From Mytilus edulis (Eukaryota): a stretch of 64,000 bases of DNA. Below are positions 36,719 to 49,090 of this stretch, piece after piece. Each line of letters begins with the position of its first letter. The first letter of the stretch is position 1. Under the pieces are notes generated by a model, which was not told the origin of the DNA, searched no databases, and saw nothing but the letters and a program-made list of their open reading frames with translations. A program made the position numbers and the translations under genes. The stretch covers positions 3,968,001 to 4,032,000 of the forward strand of contig NC_092350.1 of the NCBI RefSeq assembly GCF_963676685.1. The letters run 5' to 3'.

Positions 36719-38471
36719 CCCAATTGATACAGTATTCCAGGGCTTTTAATTCATATCATGATATCCTTGATAGATGGTTGCTGATCACAAGGAAACTATT
36801 AAAGAGTTCCAAATTGTGAAGTAGACATCATCCCTGTGTAAATTTTACAGACGCCACCATGAATTGGGGGACCGTTATGGAATTACCGTTTCACAGATTA
36901 TATTGGATATGTTCCTTATGTCGTAACTACAATCCGTCTCCCTTTTCACCACGAATGTGACTTACCGAATTAGAATATTTATCGGGTTTGTATTAATATG
37001 AGCATTACGACGGTTACCATATGTGGAGCTGGATCTACCAACCCCGACGGAGCACCTGAGATCACTCCCAGTTTTTAATGGGGTAAGGGTTGCTTTGTTT
37101 CTTGTTTTCTATGTTGTGTCTTGTGTACTTTTATTCGTCTGTTTGTCTTTTAATTTTTTAGCTATGGCGTTGTCAGTTTATTTTCGATCAATGAGTGTGA
37201 CTGTCCCTATGGTATCTTTTGCCCATCTTTTAATTGACGAACCGTAAATAATGAACTGAAGAACATTTTAGACACACTAAACAAATAAATGTATTTTTGA
37301 TGCAATAAATCAATAAGATAATTAGCTCATTCAATTCTATTAATTTCGTTGTTTGAATATGGATAAGCGTTATTGGCCGGAGAACAATTTTTCTAATAGA
37401 ACGCATCTATTTGTAATATATATAAAACACCACCATGCAGTTATAAACATCACATTTATTTATCAAATGAAATGCACGAAATGAAATGAAAATGGTACGA
37501 GTTTTGACAATAAACTACTGTCCAATGATGATTGGGACTGAAATATTTAAAAAACAAAATCTAAATACAAAGGTAAAAAGAGCTGGTTCAATCAAATGAG
37601 ATGATGAATAGAGCCAAATCTGGACAATTAATTTATGCCGGACTTCATCTTTTAATTCAAAAACATTTAACACATTTGAGACATATGAATCATATTTCCG
37701 ATTCTTAAACAGAATGCATGCTCCTCATTTTGACATACTGATAGCTCGACGAATGCATGAGCATTGGTAATAAATAAAGATTAAAAAATCTTACCTATTA
37801 TGAAGTTGAATGCATACTGAAATTTCTAATTTAAACATTTGATCTGGACAGTCGGTTTGCATTTGAGAAATTATGTAGAAAATTACGTTCTAACTTGGTA
37901 AGGCTGAGTTTGCCTCAGATACATTAGACTATTTTAAAGTTCTGTTTAAGTTGTATTGACAAGTATTGCTCTTAACTTTTCTATATAGATATAGGAAGAT
38001 GTAGTATGAGTGTCAATGAAACAAATCTCGACCCAAGGCACAATTTATAAAATTAAACCACTGTAGGCCTAAGTACGGTCGTCAATACGGAGCCTTGGCT
38101 GACACCGAACTGCAAGCTTTAAAGCAGATCTGCAAGACAAATATCATATACTCAATAATTTATATGTTAGCAGTGACAATGTGTTGCCTTTCTACTTCCT
38201 GATATTAAAACATTGCTTTGCATGTATTATCATTGCAGTGTGGACATGCAGTACCAGTGATATATTACATTGCTTTGTCATCACCATGTATTATCATTGC
38301 AGTATGGACGTGCAGTACCAGTGATTTTTATTATACCTGTGCTATAACTAACAAAATTATTGTTAATAAACGTTCTGTGTACTTTTTTTGAAGTGCATAA
38401 TTTCAACATCATTATGTGTTTCAATGAACTTTTATGGTATATGCATTGTCTTAATAATTTTTATAACGATA

Positions 38472-40976
38472 TTATGTGTTTGTAATCAACCCATCAGTGA
38501 GCAGCATCCTCAGTTTCCTCCAAGTATCATCCAAATCCTCTAGATTTTCCGGCCATTGTACAATAAATGCATAATTCCAAATGTACGAAAACTCTTTAGG
38601 AATATCAGTAATTGTTATATCTTTTGTAATGATAATAATACGCTCCAGATTCTTTGTAATTCTTTCATATTTTGCCCTGTCAAGTTCGAACATGCAATCA
38701 TGTGACGATAGGAATTCGGGCGTGATCAGAAATATAATGGACCTGCTGTTTTGAATGCTCTCTGCCTCGTTGTCCGCTTGACTCGGTCCAAGTAAAAAAT
38801 CTCGATCTTTAATACACATCGTCAGTCCCCACTCGATCTCAAGTTTAGGTATTAATACATTTTTAATCCAAATGACAATATCCCCTTCATATGATATATA
38901 CACGTCATATTGGTAAATCCTCCAGACTTTGCGCTCAACAACACGGCGAATAACTCCATAGATAGAGAAGATGATTTTCCATCTCCTGTTATAGGCAAAA
39001 AGTAACAGTGAGATCGTTATGAATGTCGATAATAATGTTGATGCAAAAGTTAACCACATAGTATTCTTACAGTCAGCAAACAACTCATATAAAGAGTTGT
39101 ACGCAATAAATGTATCAATTACTGTGCCGTTGGACAATTTACATCTATACGATCGGCTGTCTAGATAAACTTTTGTAGTCTGTATCCACCTTATAAAGTC
39201 TATATTGTCACAATTGCACTCAAATGCATTATCAGTGAGATGTAAAGTCATTCCATGGAGTTCTTGCATCTTATCTGCCCAGTCTCTGATAGCTGAACTT
39301 ACACTTGTTAATCGATTCTTCCTTACGTCCAGCATTTGTACTTTAGTATGATCACGCAGTTGTATCGGAATAGACTGAAATGAATTTTTACTTAAATAAA
39401 GATATGTCAAGTTAGGCATTGGATTTAATAAGTCGTCTGGAAAAAACCAAATATCATTTTCAGATATATCCATTGACTCGATAGATCTTATACTGTTAAA
39501 GAATTGATTTCCGTATAGTCTTATTGCAGTATCTAGGTCGGCGTTTTTCCATACAATCGTTTTCAGAGTGTGATAGGGAGAACGTTTTAATTGATTCCAT
39601 GCAAATGAATAATCTCCACCAGTAGAAATAAATGTTTCCAGTCGAATTTGAAAATCAATCATAGGAGCATTTATGTTTGAATAAGATACATCCAGATATG
39701 TAAGGCTGTTATTTTTAGGAACTAATAAATAAATTGCAGGGAAAGTATATGCTATTGTGTGACTGACATCTAATTTTTCAAGTGACTTTGGTAATATCAC
39801 ACAACTGTGAAATGAACAATTAAAATCTAAATTTGAAGTACCTGAATATTTTATACCATAGTTGACAGCATTATATGAATAGTCGAACGATTTTAATCTA
39901 ACAGTTTTACGGAGAAAATATTGTATCTCATTTAGTTTCTTCTCGCTAAAAAGCAAAAACCTGTTCCCTTTAAAGGATATATGTCGTAAACATTTCGGGT
40001 GATCGAGGGAAAACAAAGATCCAGGCTCATAATCAACTATTCCATTTTCTGATAAATCTAGATTTTCTACACAAATTGTTTTCAGGTTCTTCATTATGTC
40101 CACTGTAATTGTCAGAACATACGGGATATCAACCCTGTCAATACTAACGTCACTCACATGACCGAAGTTTATTGTCGTAATACTTTTATTACGGTATGGT
40201 TGTAACAGCTGCAATGCATGCTTCAAATGCATGAATGTTCCAGAAAAATCTATAACATGAAGATTTGGAAACTGCAGCAATGCGTTATTGTCTGTGACAA
40301 CAAAGTGCAACCGACAATTTCTGATAGTCAGCTGTTCTACAGAGGATGAAAACCTCTGAAAGATTTCATTCGACAAGCGAACTAAATAACATGAGTCGAA
40401 GTGTAATTCTTTAAGAGTGATCATGTGACCGAATCCACTTCCAAAGTGTGGCAAAGGCATCATATCGATTCCTAAGAACGACAACTCCGTCAGAATACCG
40501 AATGCATGATCGGGATAATTATAATCAGCATCAAAGTCTATCGGTTGAGGCATATTTCTCCTGATATCCAATTTCGTTAAGTTTTTAATTGGATGAAATA
40601 GTTCTGCGGAATAAACGTTAGATAGATTAAGTATATTTTCAGACATGTCCAGTATTGTAAGTTTGTGTAGTCCTTGAAATGAGTTGTTAGATAAATAATC
40701 AAGTTGATTTTGTCTCAAGAAAAGTTCTTGCAAGTATTTATAATTAACAAAAGAATTGTTCCCAATCATTCGTAGCAGATTAAAACTCATATCTAAAACT
40801 TTAATATCTCCCGGTAAATTCTGAGGTATAAAAGTCAGTCCTTTGTTTTTACAATCTGCTATTTTTACTTCCTCATTTTCCTTCAATTCATATTTGATAT
40901 CGCAGACTGATGCATGTACGAATTCATTACAGATGATGATAATAGATAATACTGAATACAGTATAATCTCCTCCAT
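38472..40976 (-). CDS. TLR: Toll-like receptor TLR-C, intact, 834 aa, single coding exon (single-cysteine-cluster type)
   Basis: Uninterrupted ORF. The first ATG (MEEIILYSV..., 40976) aligns with the TLR-A start; the ORF-track start at 41003 is a GTG. Signal peptide, LRRNT (C...C), LRRs, LRRCT, TM, and TIR box1 YDVYISY, box2 RDFLLG, box3-like TWRKLR. Confidence 0.93.
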   Translation of the reverse strand: MEEIILYSVLSIIIICNEFVHASVCDIKYELKENEEVKIADCKNKGLTFIPQNLPGDIKVLDMSFNLLRMIGNNSFVNYKYLQELFLRQNQLDYLSNNSFQGLHKLTILDMSENILNLSNVYSAELFHPIKNLTKLDIRRNMPQPIDFDADYNYPDHAFGILTELSFLGIDMMPLPHFGSGFGHMITLKELHFDSCYLVRLSNEIFQRFSSSVEQLTIRNCRLHFVVTDNNALLQFPNLHVIDFSGTFMHLKHALQLLQPYRNKSITTINFGHVSDVSIDRVDIPYVLTITVDIMKNLKTICVENLDLSENGIVDYEPGSLFSLDHPKCLRHISFKGNRFLLFSEKKLNEIQYFLRKTVRLKSFDYSYNAVNYGIKYSGTSNLDFNCSFHSCVILPKSLEKLDVSHTIAYTFPAIYLLVPKNNSLTYLDVSYSNINAPMIDFQIRLETFISTGGDYSFAWNQLKRSPYHTLKTIVWKNADLDTAIRLYGNQFFNSIRSIESMDISENDIWFFPDDLLNPMPNLTYLYLSKNSFQSIPIQLRDHTKVQMLDVRKNRLTSVSSAIRDWADKMQELHGMTLHLTDNAFECNCDNIDFIRWIQTTKVYLDSRSYRCKLSNGTVIDTFIAYNSLYELFADCKNTMWLTFASTLLSTFITISLLLFAYNRRWKIIFSIYGVIRRVVERKVWRIYQYDVYISYEGDIVIWIKNVLIPKLEIEWGLTMCIKDRDFLLGPSQADNEAESIQNSRSIIFLITPEFLSSHDCMFELDRAKYERITKNLERIIIITKDITITDIPKEFSYIWNYAFIVQWPENLEDLDDTWRKLRMLLTDGLITNT

Positions 40977-41158
40977 ATTGTGACCTGAATATCTGAAATA
41001 CACTTCGCGAAGTACTAGATGTTAAGTAATCCTCTCCATATTGTGACCTGAATATCTGAAATACACTTCGTGAAGTACTAGATGTTAAGTAATCCCCTCC
41101 ATATTGTGACCTGAATATCTGAAATACACTTCTTAAAGAACTAGCTGTTAAGTAATTC
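40969..41158. repeat. 63-bp triplication spanning the TLR-C start codon
   Basis: ctccatattgtgacctgaatatctgaaatacac at 40971, 41034 and 41097; single copy in TLR-A (about 26889-26950). Confidence 0.93.
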
Positions 41159-41854
41159 TCTGTAGTTTACATCGTATTCTATCATACACAGATAGGTTTT
41201 AAGTTACACATTTAAACACAGTCATGTAATGACAGTACTTTTGCACGCATCAATAAAACACATTATCTAATTTGTAATTTCTTTTCTATGCCTTTTTGTG
41301 TTTCTTTGTTACACATTTGTTTATTATTAAGATGAATAAGATAATAACACAATGTTGACTGCTATACCTCTTTTTTGACATTTGTACATTTTACGTCTAT
41401 TTTTTTTGTTCACTCATCGTTGTCAATGTAATGTAATTGAATTTGAAAGTAATACAAATAAAAGGTTAAGCAAGCTAGAAAACCAGGTTAAATCCACCAT
41501 ATTCTACGACAGAAAATGCCCGTACCAAGTCAGAAATATGACAGTTGTCATCCATCTGTTTGATGTGTTTGAGCTTCTGACTTCTGATTATTTACCCCCT
41601 GTTTTGCAAAATTTGCCCTAAAAAGAAATATTCGATATACACAGATGATAAAAATAAAACAGTCGTGATCCGGAGTTGCAACACACAGCCACATCATTAA
41701 GGTATAACAATGTATCAATTCTTCTGTATGTTAAATAGATTTTGGATTGACTGAATTGTCTATTTGTAGAATATGTACACATTTATGTTGCAGTCTCAGA
41801 CTTCAGTCGGTGGTTTTAAGTCAAATATTGTTTTATATGTAGTGTATATGTTAG

Positions 41855-42015
41855 TGGCAATAAGTGAAATTAGGCATTAAGCTTAAATCCTAGGCAATAA
41901 GCAAATGCCTAGGCAGTAAGTCTATTGCCTATATGATGTTAGGCATTAGTCTTAAATCCCATGATTTAAGCTTAATTCCTGGAAAGTGTGCAGACAATAA
42001 GCTTAATGCCTAAAA
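41855..42015. repeat. Degenerate ~21-bp tandem repeat (TAGGCAATAAGCTTAAATCC-like)
   Basis: Recurrent aggcattaagcttaaatcc / aggcaataagcaaatgcc. Confidence 0.65.
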
Positions 42016-42899
42016 TATAAATGCGACATTTATTCATTTTAATTAAAAAATCTTTGTTACATAACAACCTTATGAAAACTAGGGCCTGTTTATCGAAACG
42101 GTCCTAAAATAATCCTATAAGGTATTCTTAGGACAGTCATTATCATAAAGTTAGGACCGACTTACGACATGTCTCAGCATGCACATCTAAGCTATTTTCG
42201 GATTATCTTAGATAGGATATCAACGATAACAGTTGTACCATTTGATTATTTTCTTTCACATATACGAAAGGCAACTATTCAATAGTTTGCAACTTCAATG
42301 AAAACATAATATGTTCGTTTTGTCTGTATGACACGTGTCATTGGTGGTAACAATATTTTATTATGCATCATACAAGTACATTTTATATTCAATTTCACAA
42401 AATGGATTCAGAAACAAGCAACAAGTGTTTATATTAATCTGTTTCCGTAATAAATAAATACATTAAAGCAATAAAAAAAGCATGCTCTGTTTAATTAGCG
42501 CGCGGTTCTACATTAGAATCAATGTTAGTCTGGCCATTCGGTCCAAGTGCTAAAGGTCTTTCGGTCATTTATGAGTGAAATTGGCATGCATAAATACAAA
42601 TTCAAAAATAAGAAAGCAATGAATGAGGTTGTTGAATTTGATATATGACTTTTTGTGCCCGTGCTTCTTGTTAAATATTTGTATGTTTTTATTGTGATTT
42701 AGATACTTGTGGTACTTGTAAATCCTGTCATTATTGTTCATGATGCTTTGTAACATATATGACGTGGCCCTGTATTTATACATCCCGTTATTTTGTTATT
42801 GTACTATGGTAAATGTATGTATTCTTGTCTTTAATGTGTGCTAATACAATGTATGATTGGTCTATTTGCCATTTTGTTCCTGTTTGTTACTATGGCTTT

Positions 42900-43100
42900 T
42901 CGACCTCATGAATATAATACCTTATCTGTATTTGACAAAACTATTATGACTTTTGGTCCTTTAATGCTCTTCAACTTCGTACTTTATTTGGCCTTTTTAT
43001 ATTTTTGGGATTCGAGCGTCCCTGATGAGTCTTTTTTAGACGAAACGCGCGTCTAGCGTAAAAACAAAACTTTATCCTGGTATCTATGATGAGTTAATTT
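42900..43100 (+). mobile_element. Diverged retrozyme fragment with hammerhead core at 43014-43059
   Basis: GAGCGUCC CUGAUGA GUCU uuuuu AGAC GAAA CGCGCG UC UAGCGU; core intact, stem I weakened. Confidence 0.8.
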
Positions 43101-43679
43101 AAATATTTGTTTGTGTTTAAGTGAGTAAGATTTTTTCACAAAAATCTTGACTGCTGTATTTTTTAAACTTTTTTTTTTTTATCTATTACAGTACTTGCAA
43201 TCTTAGGCGTTACTGTTTGACGTGAACTTGACTGATCGGTGAATGATCGGTGACGGATGTTTGACTGATCGATGAGTGATCGGTGATTGGTGACCCATAG
43301 GATCCGTCAGATAAGTCAAATAACATATGTGAGAGTTACCGTGACAACGGTCATCGATCGATTAGTAAATTAAATTGATGCATGGATCGGACGGATGCGT
43401 ATATATTTAAAATTCTTATGTAAACCGAACTCAACAGTGTTTACAATCGATGAACGCGGACCTCTACTGAGAGACCTTAATTTACACGATTATTTTTAAA
43501 AAAATTGGTTGCAATAAAAAAGTAAAAATAGTATAACAGTATAAGATGCTTAGAGCGTTAAATTGTTGGTGTTGATAAATAGTTTTGTATTAAATATTGT
43601 TAACATCAGAGACATATAATACATAATTGTATTATATGTCTCTGCTAACATGAACTTCTTCCTACGAAAATGGTAATAA

Positions 43680-46600
43680 CTGACCGCCATTGGATTTTTG
43701 AACTTTTTATATTTTAGAAGCTTTTTTTTTATAAAATTAAAAGAATGTCAAAGAAATCATATTAAAATTTTGTTTGCATTGTTTAGAACTACCAAAATTA
43801 TTCTTCTTTATATCAAAAATGTTACTATTTTATTTAACATCAGTTATTTTTAACATCTCAAGACAAGTCTTTTAATTAAAATATGATATAATAAGAATTA
43901 AAATACTTAAACTTTTATTTTTGTGGCATAAGAATGCAGTTATTGCTTTATTTTGATACAAATTATTAACCGCCATATGAATTCATTACTTTTTGTTCAT
44001 CAGGATTGGTTGTTTTTCATAAAATATGTTTACTTAAAGGAAAAGGTATCTAATTTTTGTACGTGTTGCTTAAAATGCAAATATGTCTTCATTTTACTGA
44101 ATTTATCGACCGCCATTGGATTTTTGTACTTTTTATAGTTTAGAGTAGGTAGTTTGCAATAGAATTAAAAGAATGTCAGAAAAACCATACTAAAATTTTG
44201 TTCGCATTGTTTAGAACTACCAAAATTATTCTTCTTTTTATCAAAAATGATACTATTTTATTTAACATCAGTTATTTTTAACATCTCAAGACAAGTCTTT
44301 TAATTAGAATAGGATATAATAAGAATGAAAATACTTAAACTTCTTTTTTGTGGAATAAGAATGCAGTTATTGCTTTATTTTCATACTAATTATTAACCAC
44401 CATATGATTTCAGTACAATTTTTCAACAGGATTGGTTGTTTTTCATAAAATATGTTTACTTTAAGGATAACGATACTAAATTTTTGTACGTCTTGCCTAA
44501 AATGCAAATATTTCTATATTTTACTGAAATTATTGACCGCCATTGGATTTTTGTACTTTTTATAGTTTAGAGTAGGTAGTTTGCAATAGAATTAAAAGAA
44601 TGTCAGAAAAACCATACTAAAATTTTGTTCGCATTGTTTAGAACTACCAAAATTATTCTTCTTTTTATCAAAAATGATACTATTTCATTTAACATCAGTT
44701 ATTTTTAACATCTCAAGACAAGTCTTTTAATTAGAATAGGATATAATAAGAATGAAAATACTTAAACTTCTTTTTTGTGGAATAAGAATGCAGTTTTTTT
44801 TGTAATTTATTTTTATTTCATCTGAAAATACACCAAGTATATATTGTGATACATAATTATATAATTAATTCATAATACATATAATGATATTAAATTTTTC
44901 AATAACAGTCTAAAATTAAAAAGTTAGTTATGCTAATTGTTCTAAATTTTCTATTGGATCATACACATCCTTTATCACTCTGGATTAGAATACCTGAATA
45001 TGCTGATAAGGTTTAATGATTGCATCAGCCCTCTCCTATAGCCACATGCATCACTGCCTATACAGTGATGTAAAACATGAGAGGTACCAGGAGAGGCCAC
45101 CAGAGATCATTAACAGATAACATATTGGACAACATGTTGGACAGAGTCACATAATAAATGTCAACCTAAGTCAAGGGGAGATAATTCAGATACAATCAAA
45201 CAAAAACTAGTATATCAATATATATATATAACAATAGCAATAAACATAGATAGTACTTTTAAGATGCACACAAATCACTGTCCAGTTGTGATGTGCATCA
45301 ACATATTATTAATTCTACATGAACTATTATAAAGCCTTAAGTAAGTACATAAATAGAAAGATCTCTCCTCACATGTGAACAAAGTTTTTAATTAATTCCC
45401 ATTTACTATCAAATTTCTCTCTTGCTCTAGGGGATCTGTAAAAGGAGGTAGATATTTTTTCTATTTGGTAGGAATTTTTAATCATAGCTATGACACCTTT
45501 AAGAGTCGGTAATGAAGCATTAAAGCGACATGTATAAATATAATATTTAACCAGAATAGTGAATAAGTTTAGGGAAATATCCCAAGACTCTGACCCAAGA
45601 ACAATATTTTCCACATTAAGAATTAAAGTTAAATTATTTTCAACTAGAAAAAGTGCTGCAATTTCTAACCACAAATTTCTAACTAGCATACATTCCCAGA
45701 AAAGGTGACTTATAGTTTCTTTAGTTTCATTACAGAAACTACATAAGTTAGTTTCTTTTAACCCGTATTTCTGCAATAATGCATTTGTAGCGAGAGTTCT
45801 ATGTAAAATCTTAAACTGGAACATACTAAATTTGTTGTTTTTAGTGCAACAAAAAGGTAAACTATAAAAGAAATCCCAATTTTCTATATGAGTGCCTAGT
45901 TCCTTACACATTTTGTCTTCTTGTTTTGTAGGACGTTCTGTATACATTGACAAGAATTTTGTATAAAAGAACTGACATGACTTTTTATTGTTTTTTATAA
46001 ATTCAAATTTATCGTTAGATATGTGAGTAATTTTCTCTGAAGTAGTGATTAAATTTTTCCAGTCTTTTGGTATCATATGCAGCAAAGAATGGTATTCCAA
46101 GAAATTAATATTAAGATTATATTTTTCGCAGAATTCTTTTAAAGTAAAAAAATTACTGTTTTCATCAAGTAAATCACCTATAAAGAAAACTCCGGATTCA
46201 ACCTACCTCTGGTAAAAGACAGTTTTATTATTAATTTTCAAACTCTTGTTTAGCCATATGGATTGTTTCATGATCCCTTCAGCAGTGCCATTAGTGACAG
46301 TGTTTAGGATATTCCAGTTTAGTAAAATATCTTTCCAGAAATTATTAAAATTTGAAGAAATCTTTTGGATACCATCAGGGGTCATCAACCATATTTTGTC
46401 TGCTCCTAATCTGTTGTATTGATCTATTAACAATGTTTTCCATGGGGATATATTCAAGGGGTCTAAAAGTTTATTTATCCATGTCATCTTTAATGAATAA
46501 CAAAAGGATCTTATATCTGGCATTTTCAACCCCCCATTTTCAAATAACCCTATCATAACTTTTCTTTTAATCTTGTCTGGTTTTCCTGACCACAAGAAAC

Positions 46601-49090
46601 TAAAAAAAATATTTTGAATTTCTTTTATTTTATCATCCGGAGGATTTGGCAAAACTGTCAATGATTGAATTAGAATAGGTAGAGCTAGTGATTTAATGAC
46701 AGTGATCTTTCCCATATATGTTAAATCTCTATAAACCCAGGAATTTAGCAGGCTCTGTATTTTTTTTATTTTTTCTTCAAAATTTACAAGCGTTTTATTT
46801 TCACTGAACAGATCAAATTTTATTCCTAAAAGTTTAAATTTTCCTGAATGATTCCAGTTCAAATTTCTTGTAGTTGTTAGTTTATCCCTTGAGTGAATCT
46901 TTGACCCAATCCATATGGCTTCTGTTTTATCAAAATTAGCCCTAAGTCCCGCACACTCAGAAAATTTTTCTAAAGTATATAAACATTTATCTAAAGATTT
47001 CTCATCCTCGTCTAATAAGAGACATGAGTCATCTGCATACTGGCTTAGTAGATACTCAGAATCATTTATTTTCATACCATTTATATCTGGGTTATTTTTA
47101 AGTGCAGCACTCATAAGTTCTAAAGATAATATAAAGAGATATGGAGATAGAGGATCACCTTGTCTAACACCCCGACCAATATTAAAAAATTGAGAGCAAT
47201 GTCCATTATTTATAATACAGCTCTGAGATTCTGAATATAAGGTCTTGACCCATCTACAGAAAATAGGACCAAATCCTAGAAAAGACAAAGCCAAGTCTAT
47301 AAATGACCACTCAAGAGTATCAAAAGCTTTCTCAAAGTCTAATAAAAGTAAAAGACCTGGTAGATTATCATCTTCTGCCTTTTCCATAATGTCAAAAATA
47401 AGCCTGGTACATTCTCCAATATACCTCCCCTTTATGAAACCTTGCTGTGTTTCACTAATTATATCCCCAAGAAAAGGTTTTATTCTATTTGCTAATGCAG
47501 CTGATGCAATTTTTGTATCAACATTTAATAAAGTGATAGGTCTCCAGTTTTTTAATTGAAATTTTGATTTACCCTCTTTTGGAATGCATGTTATTACTCC
47601 TTGTTTCTGACTAACCGAAAAAGATCCAGTTTCTAAGCTATAATTAAAAGATTTTATAATAAACTCATGGAGGTCTATCCAAAAAAATTTATAAAATTCT
47701 GTTGTAAATCCATCCATCCCTGGAGATTTACCATTTTTCATATTTTTCAATGTTTTTAAGCATTCATTAGTATTCAAATTACCCTCTGCCTGTAACCTCT
47801 GTTCATCAGAAAGTTTGCGGATAAAAGGATTATTTTCATCAAAAAATAGATTTTTATGTTCTTGATGAAGAATAGGATTTGTTGAGGAGTACAGTTTTTC
47901 ATAAAATGATTTTTGTTCTTCTAAAATTTCACTTTGGTTGAAAATTTCCTCCCCATTATCATTAATTAATTTTGGAATTATCTTTTCATTATAATTTCTT
48001 TTTTCAAGATTACAAAAATAGTTAGTACATTTTTCACCTTCTGCTACCCATCTTGCCTTTGCTCTTGCCATAATACCTGTTACTATTTTCTCTCTGTGTT
48101 GAACAAGTTCATTTTCTAAAATTTTAATTTCTGAATTTAATAATTCTGAGGGGTCTATTTCATAATTTTCAAGTAATTTAGCTAGCTAGAGTTCTAAATC
48201 ATTTTCAGTTTTTGTGTAATAAGAATGCAGTTATTGCTTTATTTTCATACTTATTATTAACCACCATATGATTTCAGTACAATTTTTCAACAGGATTGGT
48301 TGTTTTTCATAAAATATGTTTACTTTAAGGAAAAAGATACTAAATTTTTGTACGTCTTGCCTAAAATGCAAATATTTCTATATTTTACTGAAATTATTGA
48401 CCGCCATTGGATTTTTGTATTTTTTATAGTTTAGAGTAGGCTGTTTGTCATAGAATTAAAAGAATGTCAGAAAAATCATGCTAAAATTTTGTTCTCAATT
48501 GTTTAAAATTACCAAAACTATTCTTGATTTTATTAAAGATAGTACTATTTTATTGAAAATCAGTTATTTTTAACATCTCAAGACAAGTCTTTTAATTCGA
48601 ATAGGATATAATAAGAATTAAAATACTTAAACTTTTTTTTGGTGGAATAAGAATGCAGTTATTGCTTTATTTTGATACAAATTATTAACCGCCATATGAT
48701 TTCAATACTTTTTGTTCATCAGGATTGGTTGTTCTTCATAAATTATGTTTACTTAAAGGAAAAAGATATTAAATTTTTGTACGCGTTGCCTAAAATGCAA
48801 ATATTCCTTCTCATATTTGAAAATATTGTAACTTCAATTGCAATGAGTTGTTATAAATATATTTCATATGTACTTTGTACAAAATGTGAATAATTCAAGA
48901 ATAAATTTGCTTAAAGTTAACGTTTTTTGTTTGTTAAATAAACATGAAATTATTCTTCATTTTCATGGAATATATTGACTGCCTTTGGATTTTTGTACTT
49001 TTTATTGTTTAGGAATGGTTACTTTTTAATAAGGCAAAAAAGACTATCAGTAAAATATAATGTAATGTTGTTTGCATTGTTCAAAATTAT
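43680..49090. repeat. 427-bp AT-rich satellite (about 4 units plus a degenerate fifth), split by the LINE
   Basis: gaccgccattggattttt at about 43682, 44108, 44535, 48399, with a variant at about 48976. Confidence 0.88.
44796..48217 (-). mobile_element. 5'-truncated L1/Tx1-clade LINE (ORF2: RT + C-terminal Cys/His motif)
   Basis: KSPGMDGFTTEFYK, NWRPITLLNVDTK, LDFEKAFD, GVRQGDPLSP, QYADD; CSFCNETKETISHLFWEC; in-frame stops at 46203-46205 and about 48186-48188; AATAAA plus a short poly(A) at about 44796-44818; 15-bp TSD AATAAGAATGCAGTT (44781-44795 / 48218-48232). Confidence 0.93.

Noticed and set aside
40977-41003. ORF-track N-terminal extension MYFRYSGHN of TLR-C
   Set aside because: Starts at GTG; the ATG at 40976 aligns with TLR-A and directly precedes the signal peptide
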